DNA of 64,000 bases. It comes from Thermotogota bacterium. GTDB lineage: Bacteria > Hydrothermota > Hydrothermia > LBFQ01. The translations under genes and the position numbers were made by a program. The notes beneath the pieces are model-generated. The model had not been told where the DNA came from and made no database searches. It saw nothing but the letters and a program-made list of their open reading frames with translations. How positions within the stretch are numbered: the stretch's first letter is position 1; each line of letters starts with the position of its first letter. The stretch spans positions 6,242 through 70,241 of the forward strand of contig JAADDJ010000017.1 of assembly GCA_013153965.1 (NCBI GenBank). The letters are read 5' to 3'. Of the stretch, positions 47,425-55,923 are shown one piece after another.

Positions 47425-47946
47425 ATGGCGGCGTTCAGAATAGACAGCGAAGAGATATCCCGCAGGGTCCGGGAGATAGCAGAGGCCATAAATGCCGACT
47501 ATGCGGGTAAGGAGATACTCCTCGTGGGGGTCTTGAAGGGGGCTTTCATATTTATGGCCGACCTCATAAGGCACATCAGTTTGCCCGTTGAGGTTGATTT
47601 TCTGGCCGTCTCCAGCTACGGCAAGCACACGGAGAGCTCCGGCGAGGTCAAGCTCATAAAGGATCTGGACCAGCCCATAGAGGGCCGACACGTCCTCATC
47701 GTTGAGGACATACTGGACACGGGTCTCACGCTCTCGTACATCGTGAGGCTCCTGAAGGATAGGAATCCGGCCTCGCTGCGAACCGTGGTCCTCCTTGACA
47801 AGCCCGAGAAGAGGAGGATCCCCTTTGAGGCCGATTACGTGGGCTTCGTCGTCCCTCCGGTCTTCCTCGTGGGCTACGGTCTGGATGCGGCGGAGAAGTA
47901 TCGGAATCTACCGTACATAACCGAGATATCGGCGGTTGAGGGTTGA
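47425..47946 (+). CDS. hpt: Hypoxanthine-guanine phosphoribosyltransferase
   Basis: LLVGVLKGAF and VLIVEDILDTGLTL (PRPP-binding). TAAAAT lies 8 nt upstream of the ATG. Confidence 0.85.
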   Translation: MAAFRIDSEEISRRVREIAEAINADYAGKEILLVGVLKGAFIFMADLIRHISLPVEVDFLAVSSYGKHTESSGEVKLIKDLDQPIEGRHVLIVEDILDTGLTLSYIVRLLKDRNPASLRTVVLLDKPEKRRIPFEADYVGFVVPPVFLVGYGLDAAEKYRNLPYITEISAVEG

Positions 47947-47971
47947 AGTTTTAAGCATAAACGTTCGGGTG

Positions 47972-47977
47972 TATAAT
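47972..47977 (+). promoter_or_regulatory. -10 box TATAAT, 11 nt upstream of the rpsP ATG
   Basis: GGTGTATAATACCCACCTGTT followed by ATG. Confidence 0.5.
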
Positions 47978-47988
47978 ACCCACCTGTT

Positions 47989-48240
47989 ATGGTGAAGATC
48001 CGCTTGCAGAGGACCGGAAAGAGGAACGATCCCCGCTACCGTGTAGTAGTTACGGAGAGCAGAACCCCGCGGGACGGAAAGGTCATTGAGATACTCGGAT
48101 ACCTGAACCCCAAGAGGGAGGGGGAGTGGAAGATAGATCTGGAGAGGTACGATTATTGGATCTCGCAGGGGGCTCAGCCCACGGACAGGGTGAGAGCTTT
48201 GGTTAAGCTGGCAAGAAAGCGCACACAAACAACCGCATAA
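47989..48240 (+). CDS. rpsP: 30S ribosomal protein S16
   Basis: MVKIRLQRTGKRNDPRYRVVV. Confidence 0.9.
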   Translation: MVKIRLQRTGKRNDPRYRVVVTESRTPRDGKVIEILGYLNPKREGEWKIDLERYDYWISQGAQPTDRVRALVKLARKRTQTTA

Positions 48241-48254
48241 AAGGAGGTGAAGCC

Positions 48255-48491
48255 ATGACGAACATCAGGGAGCTCCTAGAGTACATCATCAAGGCGCTGG
48301 TGGATAACCAGGATCAGGTGGCCATCAGGGAGATCGCCGGCCAGAAGGCGGTCATATACGAGATAGAGGTCGCCCCCGAGGACAAGGCCAAGATAATAGG
48401 ACGTCAGGGTAAGACCGCCAACGCTATCCGTCGCATCGTGGAGGCCGTGGGCAGGAAGCAGGGTAAAGTCGTAAAGGTGGAGATAATCTGA
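48255..48491 (+). CDS. KH-domain RNA-binding protein (YlqC/UPF0109)
   Basis: IGRQGKTANAIRRIV is a GxxG KH motif. Position between rpsP and rimM is conserved. AAGGAGGTG Shine-Dalgarno upstream. Confidence 0.85.
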   Translation: MTNIRELLEYIIKALVDNQDQVAIREIAGQKAVIYEIEVAPEDKAKIIGRQGKTANAIRRIVEAVGRKQGKVVKVEII

Positions 48492-48988
48492 AGCGGGTAA
48501 AGGTTGGACGAATCACCCGCCCTGCCGGGAGGCGTGGGGAGGTAAGAGTTCAAACTCCCCACCCTCCTAATTTTTTTGAGGGAAAGACCGTCTTCATCCT
48601 AAATCGTCCCTATCAGGTGGAGAGGGCTTATCGGAAGCGCAAGGGAATGCTGGTCCTCAAGCTCAAGGGGGTAGATGACATAAACCGGGCGGAGTTGCTG
48701 CGGAACCTGTACGTTGAGATGGATGAGGGGGACCTGCCTCCCCTTGAGGAGGGAGAATTCTACGTCTATGAGCTTCTGGGACTCAAGGTATTTGACACGG
48801 AGGGGAGGGAGCTGGGCGTTCTGGAGGATATGCACGAGTGGGGGCCCTACTGGACCCTTGAGATAAGGACACCCGAGGGGAAGAGCATCCTCGTACCCTT
48901 CGTCTCCGAGTACGTTCCGGAGGTCTCCCCAAATGAGGGGAGGATCGTCGTTCGGCTGCCCGAGGGTTATCTGAAGGAGTTCCTATAG
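48488..48988 (+). CDS. rimM: Ribosome maturation factor RimM (5' boundary uncertain: no in-frame ATG/GTG/TTG upstream of the GTG at 48617)
   Basis: The in-frame translation VKVGRITRPAGRRGEVRVQTPHPPNFFEGKTVFILNRP... is a typical RimM N-terminus upstream of the 48617 GTG. The frame is open back to 48467. Confidence 0.7.
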   Translation: MKRVKVGRITRPAGRRGEVRVQTPHPPNFFEGKTVFILNRPYQVERAYRKRKGMLVLKLKGVDDINRAELLRNLYVEMDEGDLPPLEEGEFYVYELLGLKVFDTEGRELGVLEDMHEWGPYWTLEIRTPEGKSILVPFVSEYVPEVSPNEGRIVVRLPEGYLKEFL

Positions 48989-50536
48989 GTTTCCCACCTG
49001 CTCCCGGCGTAGCCGGGCCCTGCTCACCTGGGCGCATCCGACCCACATGTAATCCATATCCCACTCCCTGTGGGCGTCGGATCCCAAGAAGACCTTCCCG
49101 CCGTATCCTCCCTCAAGGAGAGCGTACGCGTCCAGGTCCATACGCTTGGGGTTGGCGTTGACCTCCAGAGCCTTTCCGGTCTCCTCCGCCCTCCTAAAGA
49201 GCCTGTCCAAATCCACCCTGTATGAGGGCCTCTTCTTCAGGACGCGGCCCGTCGGATGACCTATCACATGCACGTGGGGATTCTCCATAGCCTTCAGGAG
49301 TCTTTCGGTGGTGTCCTCCTCATCCCCCCAGTTGTGGATGGATGCTATCACGAAGTCCAGAGTCTCCAATACCTCGTCGGGGTAGTCCAGAGAGCCGTCG
49401 GAGAGGATATCCACCTCCGCCGCGTGGAGTATCCTGATGTAGGGATACTTCTCCCTGAGGCGAATTATCTCCACCCTCTTGCGCTCAAGCCGGGCCACGT
49501 TCAATCCCCCTCCGGACGATGGGGAGTGGTCCGCCAGAGCCACCACGCCGTAGCCCCTCCTGATGGCCGCCTGAACCGCCTCCTCCGGCGTCATACTACC
49601 GTCGGAGTACGTGGTATGCACGTGGAAGTCCCCGGTCAGGTCCTCGGGGAGCACGGGGGGCGGTAGGCTTCCCTCCAGCGCCATAACGACCTCCTGACCA
49701 TCGTACCTCTGGAATGGGTGGATGTAGGGCAGGCCGAGTCTCTCATAGACCTCCTCCTCCGTCTCACCCCTCACGTCCCCCAGCCTCTGCAGAGCCATGA
49801 CGTGCCTCTCGGGGCCCGTGGCGAATACCAGTACGCTGCCGAAGTCCTCCGGAGAGTATATGTGCAGACGTACGGGTATCCTTTCGCCCGCCCACATCCA
49901 GTATCCTCCCTCGTACCTGCCGGACATCACGAGCCGAAAGGCATCCTCCTCCGATATGGCAAACTCAATCACGGATATTATGGGCTCTCCGCGCCGATAC
50001 TCCCCCACGGCTACGGCCGACGGGTACAGTCTAAGGAAGGACTCCACTATCATTCGGGCCTCGGGAACGGTGTATAGATGCCTCTGCGATAGGTAGAATC
50101 TCACGCTCTCATAGACCCTTGAGGGGGATTTGAATATGGTGCGAGCCTCCTCTCCCTCCAGAAATCGCAGCAGATCCTCAAATGTCCTTATACCGCGCTC
50201 TGTCAGGAGGCGGGCCGTCTTGGGACCTATGCCTCGCACGTTTATAAACTCCACGGCCTCGCCGAGGTCCTCCTTCAGACTCGTGAGCTCATCGTATCCG
50301 CCACTCTCCAGAAGGTGGCATATCTTGGATATGACGGCCTTGCCGAGCTTGAGACTCCTCCTCAACCCCTCACAACCCTCGTACTCGTATATGCTTAGGA
50401 TATCCTCGGGGAAATGTGCGAGGACCTTTGAGGCCCTCCGGTACGCGTCGCACACGAACCTATTCTCGCCGCGCAGCAAACATGCCCCGTACAGAAACCC
50501 AAAGAGCTTGGAGAGACGATAGTTCGTCTCGTACAA
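48983..50536 (-). CDS. polX: DNA polymerase X family protein with C-terminal PHP phosphoesterase domain
   Basis: INVRGIGPKTARLL helix-hairpin-helix. PHP motifs GDFHVHTTYSDG, ALADHS and IGHP. Confidence 0.85.
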   Translation of the reverse strand: MYETNYRLSKLFGFLYGACLLRGENRFVCDAYRRASKVLAHFPEDILSIYEYEGCEGLRRSLKLGKAVISKICHLLESGGYDELTSLKEDLGEAVEFINVRGIGPKTARLLTERGIRTFEDLLRFLEGEEARTIFKSPSRVYESVRFYLSQRHLYTVPEARMIVESFLRLYPSAVAVGEYRRGEPIISVIEFAISEEDAFRLVMSGRYEGGYWMWAGERIPVRLHIYSPEDFGSVLVFATGPERHVMALQRLGDVRGETEEEVYERLGLPYIHPFQRYDGQEVVMALEGSLPPPVLPEDLTGDFHVHTTYSDGSMTPEEAVQAAIRRGYGVVALADHSPSSGGGLNVARLERKRVEIIRLREKYPYIRILHAAEVDILSDGSLDYPDEVLETLDFVIASIHNWGDEEDTTERLLKAMENPHVHVIGHPTGRVLKKRPSYRVDLDRLFRRAEETGKALEVNANPKRMDLDAYALLEGGYGGKVFLGSDAHREWDMDYMWVGCAQVSRARLRREQVGNL

Positions 50537-50538
50537 TA

Positions 50539-50898
50539 TTATCCCTCTCCCTTGACGTACCTCAGGGCTTCGCTCACGCTGTTGAAGGTCTTGAAGACCT
50601 TATCAAAGGCCATAACCTTGTAAATCTTCAGTACCTGACCCTTCGGGGAGCACATGATTATGTCCCCTCCCCTCTCCCGCAGGTGTTTCAGGATGGTGAT
50701 GAAGGCTCCCCATATGGCCGACGATATGTAATGGGCTTCCGAAAGGTCTATTATGAAGAAGTCTATGCCGTCTGCTATCTTGTCGTCAAAGAAGACGAGG
50801 AGGGGCTCTCGGAGGGTGGTGTCAATTTCGCCTATGAGCCTCACTATCCCGATATTTCCATCCCGCCGGAATTTTAAAACTTCACCTATATTGCGCAT
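50539..50898 (-). CDS. STAS-domain protein (anti-sigma-factor antagonist SpoIIAA-like)
   Basis: 119 aa. FIIDLSEAHYISSAIWGAF matches the STAS phospho-Ser region. Confidence 0.7.
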   Translation of the reverse strand: MRNIGEVLKFRRDGNIGIVRLIGEIDTTLREPLLVFFDDKIADGIDFFIIDLSEAHYISSAIWGAFITILKHLRERGGDIIMCSPKGQVLKIYKVMAFDKVFKTFNSVSEALRYVKGEG

Positions 50899-50926
50899 GA
50901 CCGTATTCTACGGGCGAAGTCCTCAC

Positions 50927-51742
50927 CTAAAACACGACCCTATCGCCCTCCCGCAGCGATTCCATACCGAGAACTACGATGGTATCGCCTGCCCCTATCT
51001 CCCCCTTGACGCCCACCTTCCCCCTACCGTCGGCGAACACGACATCAACGGGTACCCGATGGGCCCTCCCCCCCTCAACCTTGAAGACGTGCCCCTCATA
51101 TACCGCCTTTTCGGGGACTACAACCAAGGTATCGGAGATCGCGAGGACCACATCGCATATCCCCATGCGTCCGGGCCTTGTCCCTCTTACGTAAGCCCGA
51201 GCCACGTAGCCACCCGCATCCCTGACTGGCACACCCGAGATCCACGCCACGCTTCCGCTACCCTTCCCGAACATCACCTTTGATCCCACCTTCACCGAAT
51301 CTATCAGGACCTCCGGGATGACCATATCCACCCTGACGCTCCTACCCCTTGATATTACGGCCAGAGGAGTTCCAACGGCCACGGGTGAGCCCTCGGAGGC
51401 CAGAACGATGGATATCCTTCCCGATGCGGGGGCCAATATGGGGGCATCTCCGTAGGCGGGGCCGCGGGATATGACGAACAGGGTATCCCCCTTCCCCACC
51501 CATTCCCCCTCCCTCCTGCGGACCTCGGACACGGTACCCACGACGTCGGAAACCACCGTGAAGGTTCCCTCCGAGATGGAGCGGCACCAGAGGGGGACCT
51601 TCCTCATCAGGGCGTCTCTCTCGGCGACGGCTATCTCCACGAATACGGCGTAAGGCTCCCCATCCACCTTCCGCTCCACACCCCTTCCACATGCGCTCAC
51701 GAGGAGCAGGGCTAACGCTGAGATTCGTACTTTGAGGGACAT
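50927..51742 (-). CDS. Membrane-fusion (HlyD/RND adaptor) family lipoprotein, short form
   Basis: Lipobox LLVSACG. Biotinyl/lipoyl-like hairpin GTVSEVRRREGEWVGKGDTLFVI. Confidence 0.55.
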   Translation of the reverse strand: MSLKVRISALALLLVSACGRGVERKVDGEPYAVFVEIAVAERDALMRKVPLWCRSISEGTFTVVSDVVGTVSEVRRREGEWVGKGDTLFVISRGPAYGDAPILAPASGRISIVLASEGSPVAVGTPLAVISRGRSVRVDMVIPEVLIDSVKVGSKVMFGKGSGSVAWISGVPVRDAGGYVARAYVRGTRPGRMGICDVVLAISDTLVVVPEKAVYEGHVFKVEGGRAHRVPVDVVFADGRGKVGVKGEIGAGDTIVVLGMESLREGDRVVF

Positions 51743-52074
51743 TTTGTCAGAAGAGTGCTGGCCTCCACCTCCCCACCGGCGTACCTACCCTCAACGACTA
51801 CCGGAGTTCCTACGGCGAAAGCGTCCGGTATGGCCCCCGTGTAGGACACCTTCACCCTCTTCCCCCTCTCCTCTATGACGAAGGACACGGAGCGGCCCTT
51901 CCTGTCCGCCTCAACCACCACGCCGGAAACTTTGACCTTCTTGCCCTCGTACCTTTGGGCCTCGGCCACCAGCTCGTCGGCCGTCAGATAATACACGTAG
52001 TTGCGGGAGGCCGCAAGCAGTACGTACCCGACAACCAGAACGAGGGCGATGAAGAAAAGGAGTATTTTCCTCAT
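51712..52074 (-). CDS. ccmE: Cytochrome c maturation heme chaperone CcmE, CxxxY variant
   Basis: N-terminal TM helix. Collinear with E. coli CcmE (LFYTPGE / VRLTG / VSYEG). The heme-binding HxxxY is replaced by CPSKY. Confidence 0.75.
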   Translation of the reverse strand: MRKILLFFIALVLVVGYVLLAASRNYVYYLTADELVAEAQRYEGKKVKVSGVVVEADRKGRSVSFVIEERGKRVKVSYTGAIPDAFAVGTPVVVEGRYAGGEVEASTLLTKCPSKYESQR

Positions 52075-52083
52075 TCTCCGTCT

Positions 52084-52108
52084 ATTCTACGGTCGTACGG
52101 TTTAGAAT
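52084..52108. promoter_or_regulatory. Back-to-back -10 boxes (TAGAAT on each strand) in the 40-nt divergent ccmE/hldE spacer
   Basis: Minus strand: TAGAAT, then 9 nt, then the ccmE ATG. Plus strand: TAGAAT at 52103-52108, then 6 nt, then the hldE ATG. Confidence 0.5.
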
Positions 52109-52114
52109 CCCGGC

Positions 52115-52582
52115 ATGAAGGGTCTGGTGAGGGATGCCCGTCTCTTGGGTGAGGCTCTGAGGGATGCGGGGTACGAGGTGGTCTTTACGAACGGCTGCTT
52201 TGACATACTTCACAGGGGGCACGTTGAACTTCTTAGGTTCGCGAGGGGACTCGGAGACGTTCTGGTCGTGGGTCTCAACACGGACGAATCCGTCAGACGT
52301 CTAAAGGGTCCCGAGAGGCCGATAAATCGCCTTGAGGATAGGGCGGCCCTTCTCCTCTCGCTCCGTTGGGTGGATTTCGTCGTCCCCTTCTCCGAGGATA
52401 CGCCGGAGAATCTGATACGGGCTCTCAAACCCCACGTCCTCGTCAAGGGGGGAGATTACAGGCTTGAGGATATAGTGGGGGCGGAATTCGTCCTCTCCTA
52501 CGGTGGCAGGGTGGAAATTTTCAAATACCTCCCCGGCTACTCAACGACCTCCCTGATTGATAGGCTCAAGCGTCAATCGTAG
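52115..52582 (+). CDS. D-glycero-beta-D-manno-heptose-1-phosphate adenylyltransferase (RfaE domain II / cytidylyltransferase family)
   Basis: [13 protein letters not shown] nucleotidyltransferase motif. 155 aa. Confidence 0.8.
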   Translation: MKGLVRDARLLGEALRDAGYEVVFTNGCFDILHRGHVELLRFARGLGDVLVVGLNTDESVRRLKGPERPINRLEDRAALLLSLRWVDFVVPFSEDTPENLIRALKPHVLVKGGDYRLEDIVGAEFVLSYGGRVEIFKYLPGYSTTSLIDRLKRQS

Positions 52583-52959
52583 GTTCGGGAGATCTCCTTC
52601 CAGAGCCTCTCGGCTCCGAAGACGAACCCCCGCAGGAAGTCGTTTATGTTTATGCCGACCATCGGCCAACTCTCGGGATCATCCCCGATGGGCATAACGG
52701 CCACTATCTGGCGCCCATCCCGCAGCACCTCCCAAACTTTCCCGTAGGGCAATTCCGCGACTATCTCCACCTCCCCCGTATTCATGTTGAGGATTAGGTA
52801 GGGGACGTCGTCCTCCTCCCCGTACATCACATCCAAGGAGGCCTCAACCGTCTGGGCGCTCTCAAGGAGTGGGGCCAGCTCCTCCCTGCTCTCCAAGTAG
52901 AATATGACCAACCCTTCCTCCTCCACGACCTTCGCATCAACCACCCTCAGAACGTGCAT
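52573..52959 (-). CDS. Hypothetical acidic protein (128 aa)
   Basis: Co-directional with, and tightly spaced after, the asparaginase gene. No motif recognised. Confidence 0.35.
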   Translation of the reverse strand: MHVLRVVDAKVVEEEGLVIFYLESREELAPLLESAQTVEASLDVMYGEEDDVPYLILNMNTGEVEIVAELPYGKVWEVLRDGRQIVAVMPIGDDPESWPMVGININDFLRGFVFGAERLWKEISRTYD

Positions 52960-52977
52960 GCTCTCCCTCCGATGTGG

Positions 52978-53394
52978 CTACGACGTTAGAGCGGCCAGTA
53001 GCTCCTCCGTATCCGTATCCTCGGTCAGGATGTTCTGGAGTAGGCTGTAGGTGGTCTGCGGCTCCCTCTCAAGGCGGGTGATCACCTTGAGCATCCGGGA
53101 GTACAGGTCCCCATTCTGTGGCCACGTGTCCGTTATGACCTTGTATATGCGCGAGTAGCTCTCAACGACTATGGGGTTGCGCAGTATGTACGAGTAGTCT
53201 TGGATGGGCTCGGCCTCCAGAAGGTAGTACAGATTCCTACCCTTCTTGATCTGCACGTCATAGACCCCGAGCATGCTGAGGTTCTTTCCTATGATCTTTA
53301 TCACTCCTATGCCGTCGGCCACGCTCACGTACATCCTCTGCTTACCCTTATAGACCCGCTCGTCAAGGACGAGAACTCTCACGCTGTACTCCAT
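52978..53394 (-). CDS. Hypothetical protein (138 aa)
   Basis: Overlaps the asparaginase 3' end by 32 nt. No motif recognised. Confidence 0.35.
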   Translation of the reverse strand: MEYSVRVLVLDERVYKGKQRMYVSVADGIGVIKIIGKNLSMLGVYDVQIKKGRNLYYLLEAEPIQDYSYILRNPIVVESYSRIYKVITDTWPQNGDLYSRMLKVITRLEREPQTTYSLLQNILTEDTDTEELLAALTS

Positions 53395-54295
53395 GAATCT
53401 CTACCTCCTTTTTTTCCACCTTTATTGCGACGGGCATGTACTCCGTATTATACGCCAGCGAAACCTCCCCCTCGGTGCTTAGCGCTATAACGCCCACAGG
53501 ATAATCCGTCATACTGACCACCCTCTCGGCCGCCTCTCGCAGACCGTGGCCCCTGTCGTAGAGGTCGCAGAGGGTCTTGGTCATGAGTATTTGGATTATC
53601 CCCTCTCCCACGCCCGTGGCGGAGGCTCCGCATCCCTTCTCCGCCCACGTCCCGGCGCCCGGTATCGGCGTGTCTCCAACTCTCCCGGGGAGTTTGAGGG
53701 ATGTTCCACCCGTTGAGGTTCCGGCGACCACGACTTCGCCGTCGGTGGCGACGGCTCCCACGGTCCCTATGAAGAGCTCCGGATACCGCCGTATGAGCTC
53801 CGCGGTCTTCTCCATAAGTTTGGCGTACTCGCCCAGCTCTCCCCGCAGCAGCTTCTCTCTCAACCTCTCAAGTCTCTTTCTTGCCCTCTCGGTTATGAGC
53901 TCCCCCTCCGGAAGTCCGAAGAGTCTAGCCAGCCTCTCCGCCCCCTCCCCGTACATGATATGGTGGGAGGTCTTCTCGGCTACGAGCCGGGCCAGCGATA
54001 TCGGATTCTTAACCCTGCGCACGCCTATGACCGACCCTATCAACTTCGGCCGGTCCCGAACTATGCAGGCGTCCATCTCAAGCGACCCGTCTATGCTCAA
54101 GACGCTACCTCTACCGGCGTTGAAGTGGGGGGAATCCTCAAGGACCTTGACGGCCTCCTCAACCGCCCCCAGGGGATCCCCCTTCTCCAGATACCGGAAG
54201 CCCACGCTCGCGGCCTCCCGCAGGACCGGTATGGCATCCTTCAAACGCTCGTCGGTCCAGCGTCCGGCACCGCCATGGACGATTATGGCCCTCAT
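53363..54295 (-). CDS. Ntn-hydrolase isoaspartyl peptidase / L-asparaginase (plant-type asparaginase family)
   Basis: MRAIIVHGGAG N-terminus. Autoprocessing site GTVGAVATD with nucleophile Thr in VAGTSTGG. Confidence 0.8.
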   Translation of the reverse strand: MRAIIVHGGAGRWTDERLKDAIPVLREAASVGFRYLEKGDPLGAVEEAVKVLEDSPHFNAGRGSVLSIDGSLEMDACIVRDRPKLIGSVIGVRRVKNPISLARLVAEKTSHHIMYGEGAERLARLFGLPEGELITERARKRLERLREKLLRGELGEYAKLMEKTAELIRRYPELFIGTVGAVATDGEVVVAGTSTGGTSLKLPGRVGDTPIPGAGTWAEKGCGASATGVGEGIIQILMTKTLCDLYDRGHGLREAAERVVSMTDYPVGVIALSTEGEVSLAYNTEYMPVAIKVEKKEVEIHGVQRESSRP

Positions 54296-54334
54296 GAAAT
54301 TTTACATTTTAAGGAAGAACGGTGGCGAAGTTTC

Positions 54335-55879
54335 TCATTTAACTTCCAAAATTGGCGACGCGCTGTATGCGGGACTCTCGCTCCACAGTATGGCGGATAC
54401 GGTGGGGGCTATGGATGTGGTGGCGCAGGGCGCGGAGTGCGTACCTCTCCTGATTCCCCTACCGTAGAAGATGAGGGGGACGTGGGTGTCGTAAGTGTAA
54501 GGCGTGCCGTGATTGGTGGCGGCGTAGTTTCCCATAACGTAGAAGGCCTTGGGTATGATTATGAGATCCCCGGACCTCTCGGGATTGAAGCCGTTGTAGG
54601 CGAGCCGGGCCACCATGTCCTCCGGTGGAAACCTACCCTCCTCCATATCCTCGCGCGTGAAGACCCTCAAAACTCCCTCCACCTCCATAAGCGAATCCTT
54701 CAGGAGGCGTCTAATCTCCCGAAGGGAGCCGTGCTTGGAAAGGAGGGTATCGTTGAGATATACCCAAGGGAGGGAGACCGATAGGACCCAATCACCCTCA
54801 CCGAACTTGGCCGTGAGGATGGAGTTGATTCGGGCCCTGACCGTATCGTACGATAGTCTTCCGGCCAACATCCCCCTGCTGCTGAGGGTTTCCGGAACGG
54901 GAGCAACGCCGTGGTCGGACGTTAGGACGAGGACGTACCGTCCCCTACCGACTCTCCTATCCAGAAATCGCAACATTTCCGCCACGATACTGTCGGACCG
55001 GAGGACCATATCCACGACCTCGGCGCTGTGGGGTCCGTACTTATGACCCACGTAGTCGTTGGCGGAGAAGCTCACGAGGAGTAGGTCCGGAATATCATCC
55101 CTGCCCAAGGATTCCCCCACTACGGCGGCCTTGAGCAGCTCTAAAAGGAGGTCGTTTCCGAAGGGTGTAGCCTTCAACTCCCTGAAGAATCGTCTGTCGG
55201 GTACCTCGCTCCTCGTCCCCAGATGGTGCGAGAAGGAGCCGCTCCCCGCCGACGCGTACGCCTCGGGGGGTCCGTAGGGTCTCCACGTCCTCCCGAAGTA
55301 CCTGCCCGGCAGCCTCTTAGAGTTGAAGTCCTTGAGCCATGCGGGTGCATCCGCGGTGTAGTAGGAGGAGGTGATGAAGTGGCCATCCTCCGTGCTGAAC
55401 CAAACGGCCATATCTGCCAGATGGCCGCCCATGAGTATGGCGGCCCTATCCTTCAAGGATAGGCTGATCACCTTCCCCCTAAAGCCCGTCTTTAACTTCA
55501 ACTCGTCCCCCACGGTGTTGGCCAGGAGATTCTTGGGAGATTCGCCCCACCTGTACTTTCCACCCACGGCCTCCGCCGCGGGATCCGAGACCGCGTACAC
55601 CCTCTCGGACGTGCGGGTGTCGTACCACACGTTCCCGACGATGCCATGGAATCTGGGAACCGTTCCGGTTGATATGGTGGCGTGTCCGGGGGCCGTGTAG
55701 GTGGGTATATGCACGTGATGGCATTGGGTGAAGAAGGCGCCTCTCTCAATTAGCCTTCGGAAGCCATCTCTGCGGAAGTAGGGATAGAGGCGTGTGATGT
55801 AGTCGTATCTGAATTGGTCAAAGATCACCACCACCACGAGGGGGGGAGGTGAGATGAAGCCCAAGGTGAAAGCCAACAT
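54335..55879 (-). CDS. Alkaline phosphatase / nucleotide pyrophosphatase superfamily protein (PafA/NPP-like)
   Basis: VVVIFDQFRYDY and GHATISTGT (nucleophile Thr) motifs. 514 aa. Confidence 0.7.
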   Translation of the reverse strand: MLAFTLGFISPPPLVVVVIFDQFRYDYITRLYPYFRRDGFRRLIERGAFFTQCHHVHIPTYTAPGHATISTGTVPRFHGIVGNVWYDTRTSERVYAVSDPAAEAVGGKYRWGESPKNLLANTVGDELKLKTGFRGKVISLSLKDRAAILMGGHLADMAVWFSTEDGHFITSSYYTADAPAWLKDFNSKRLPGRYFGRTWRPYGPPEAYASAGSGSFSHHLGTRSEVPDRRFFRELKATPFGNDLLLELLKAAVVGESLGRDDIPDLLLVSFSANDYVGHKYGPHSAEVVDMVLRSDSIVAEMLRFLDRRVGRGRYVLVLTSDHGVAPVPETLSSRGMLAGRLSYDTVRARINSILTAKFGEGDWVLSVSLPWVYLNDTLLSKHGSLREIRRLLKDSLMEVEGVLRVFTREDMEEGRFPPEDMVARLAYNGFNPERSGDLIIIPKAFYVMGNYAATNHGTPYTYDTHVPLIFYGRGIRRGTHSAPCATTSIAPTVSAILWSESPAYSASPILEVK

Positions 55880-55923
55880 AGACTGTCAATATTAAGGACG
55901 CTTCGGTCTTAGAATAGGAACCT

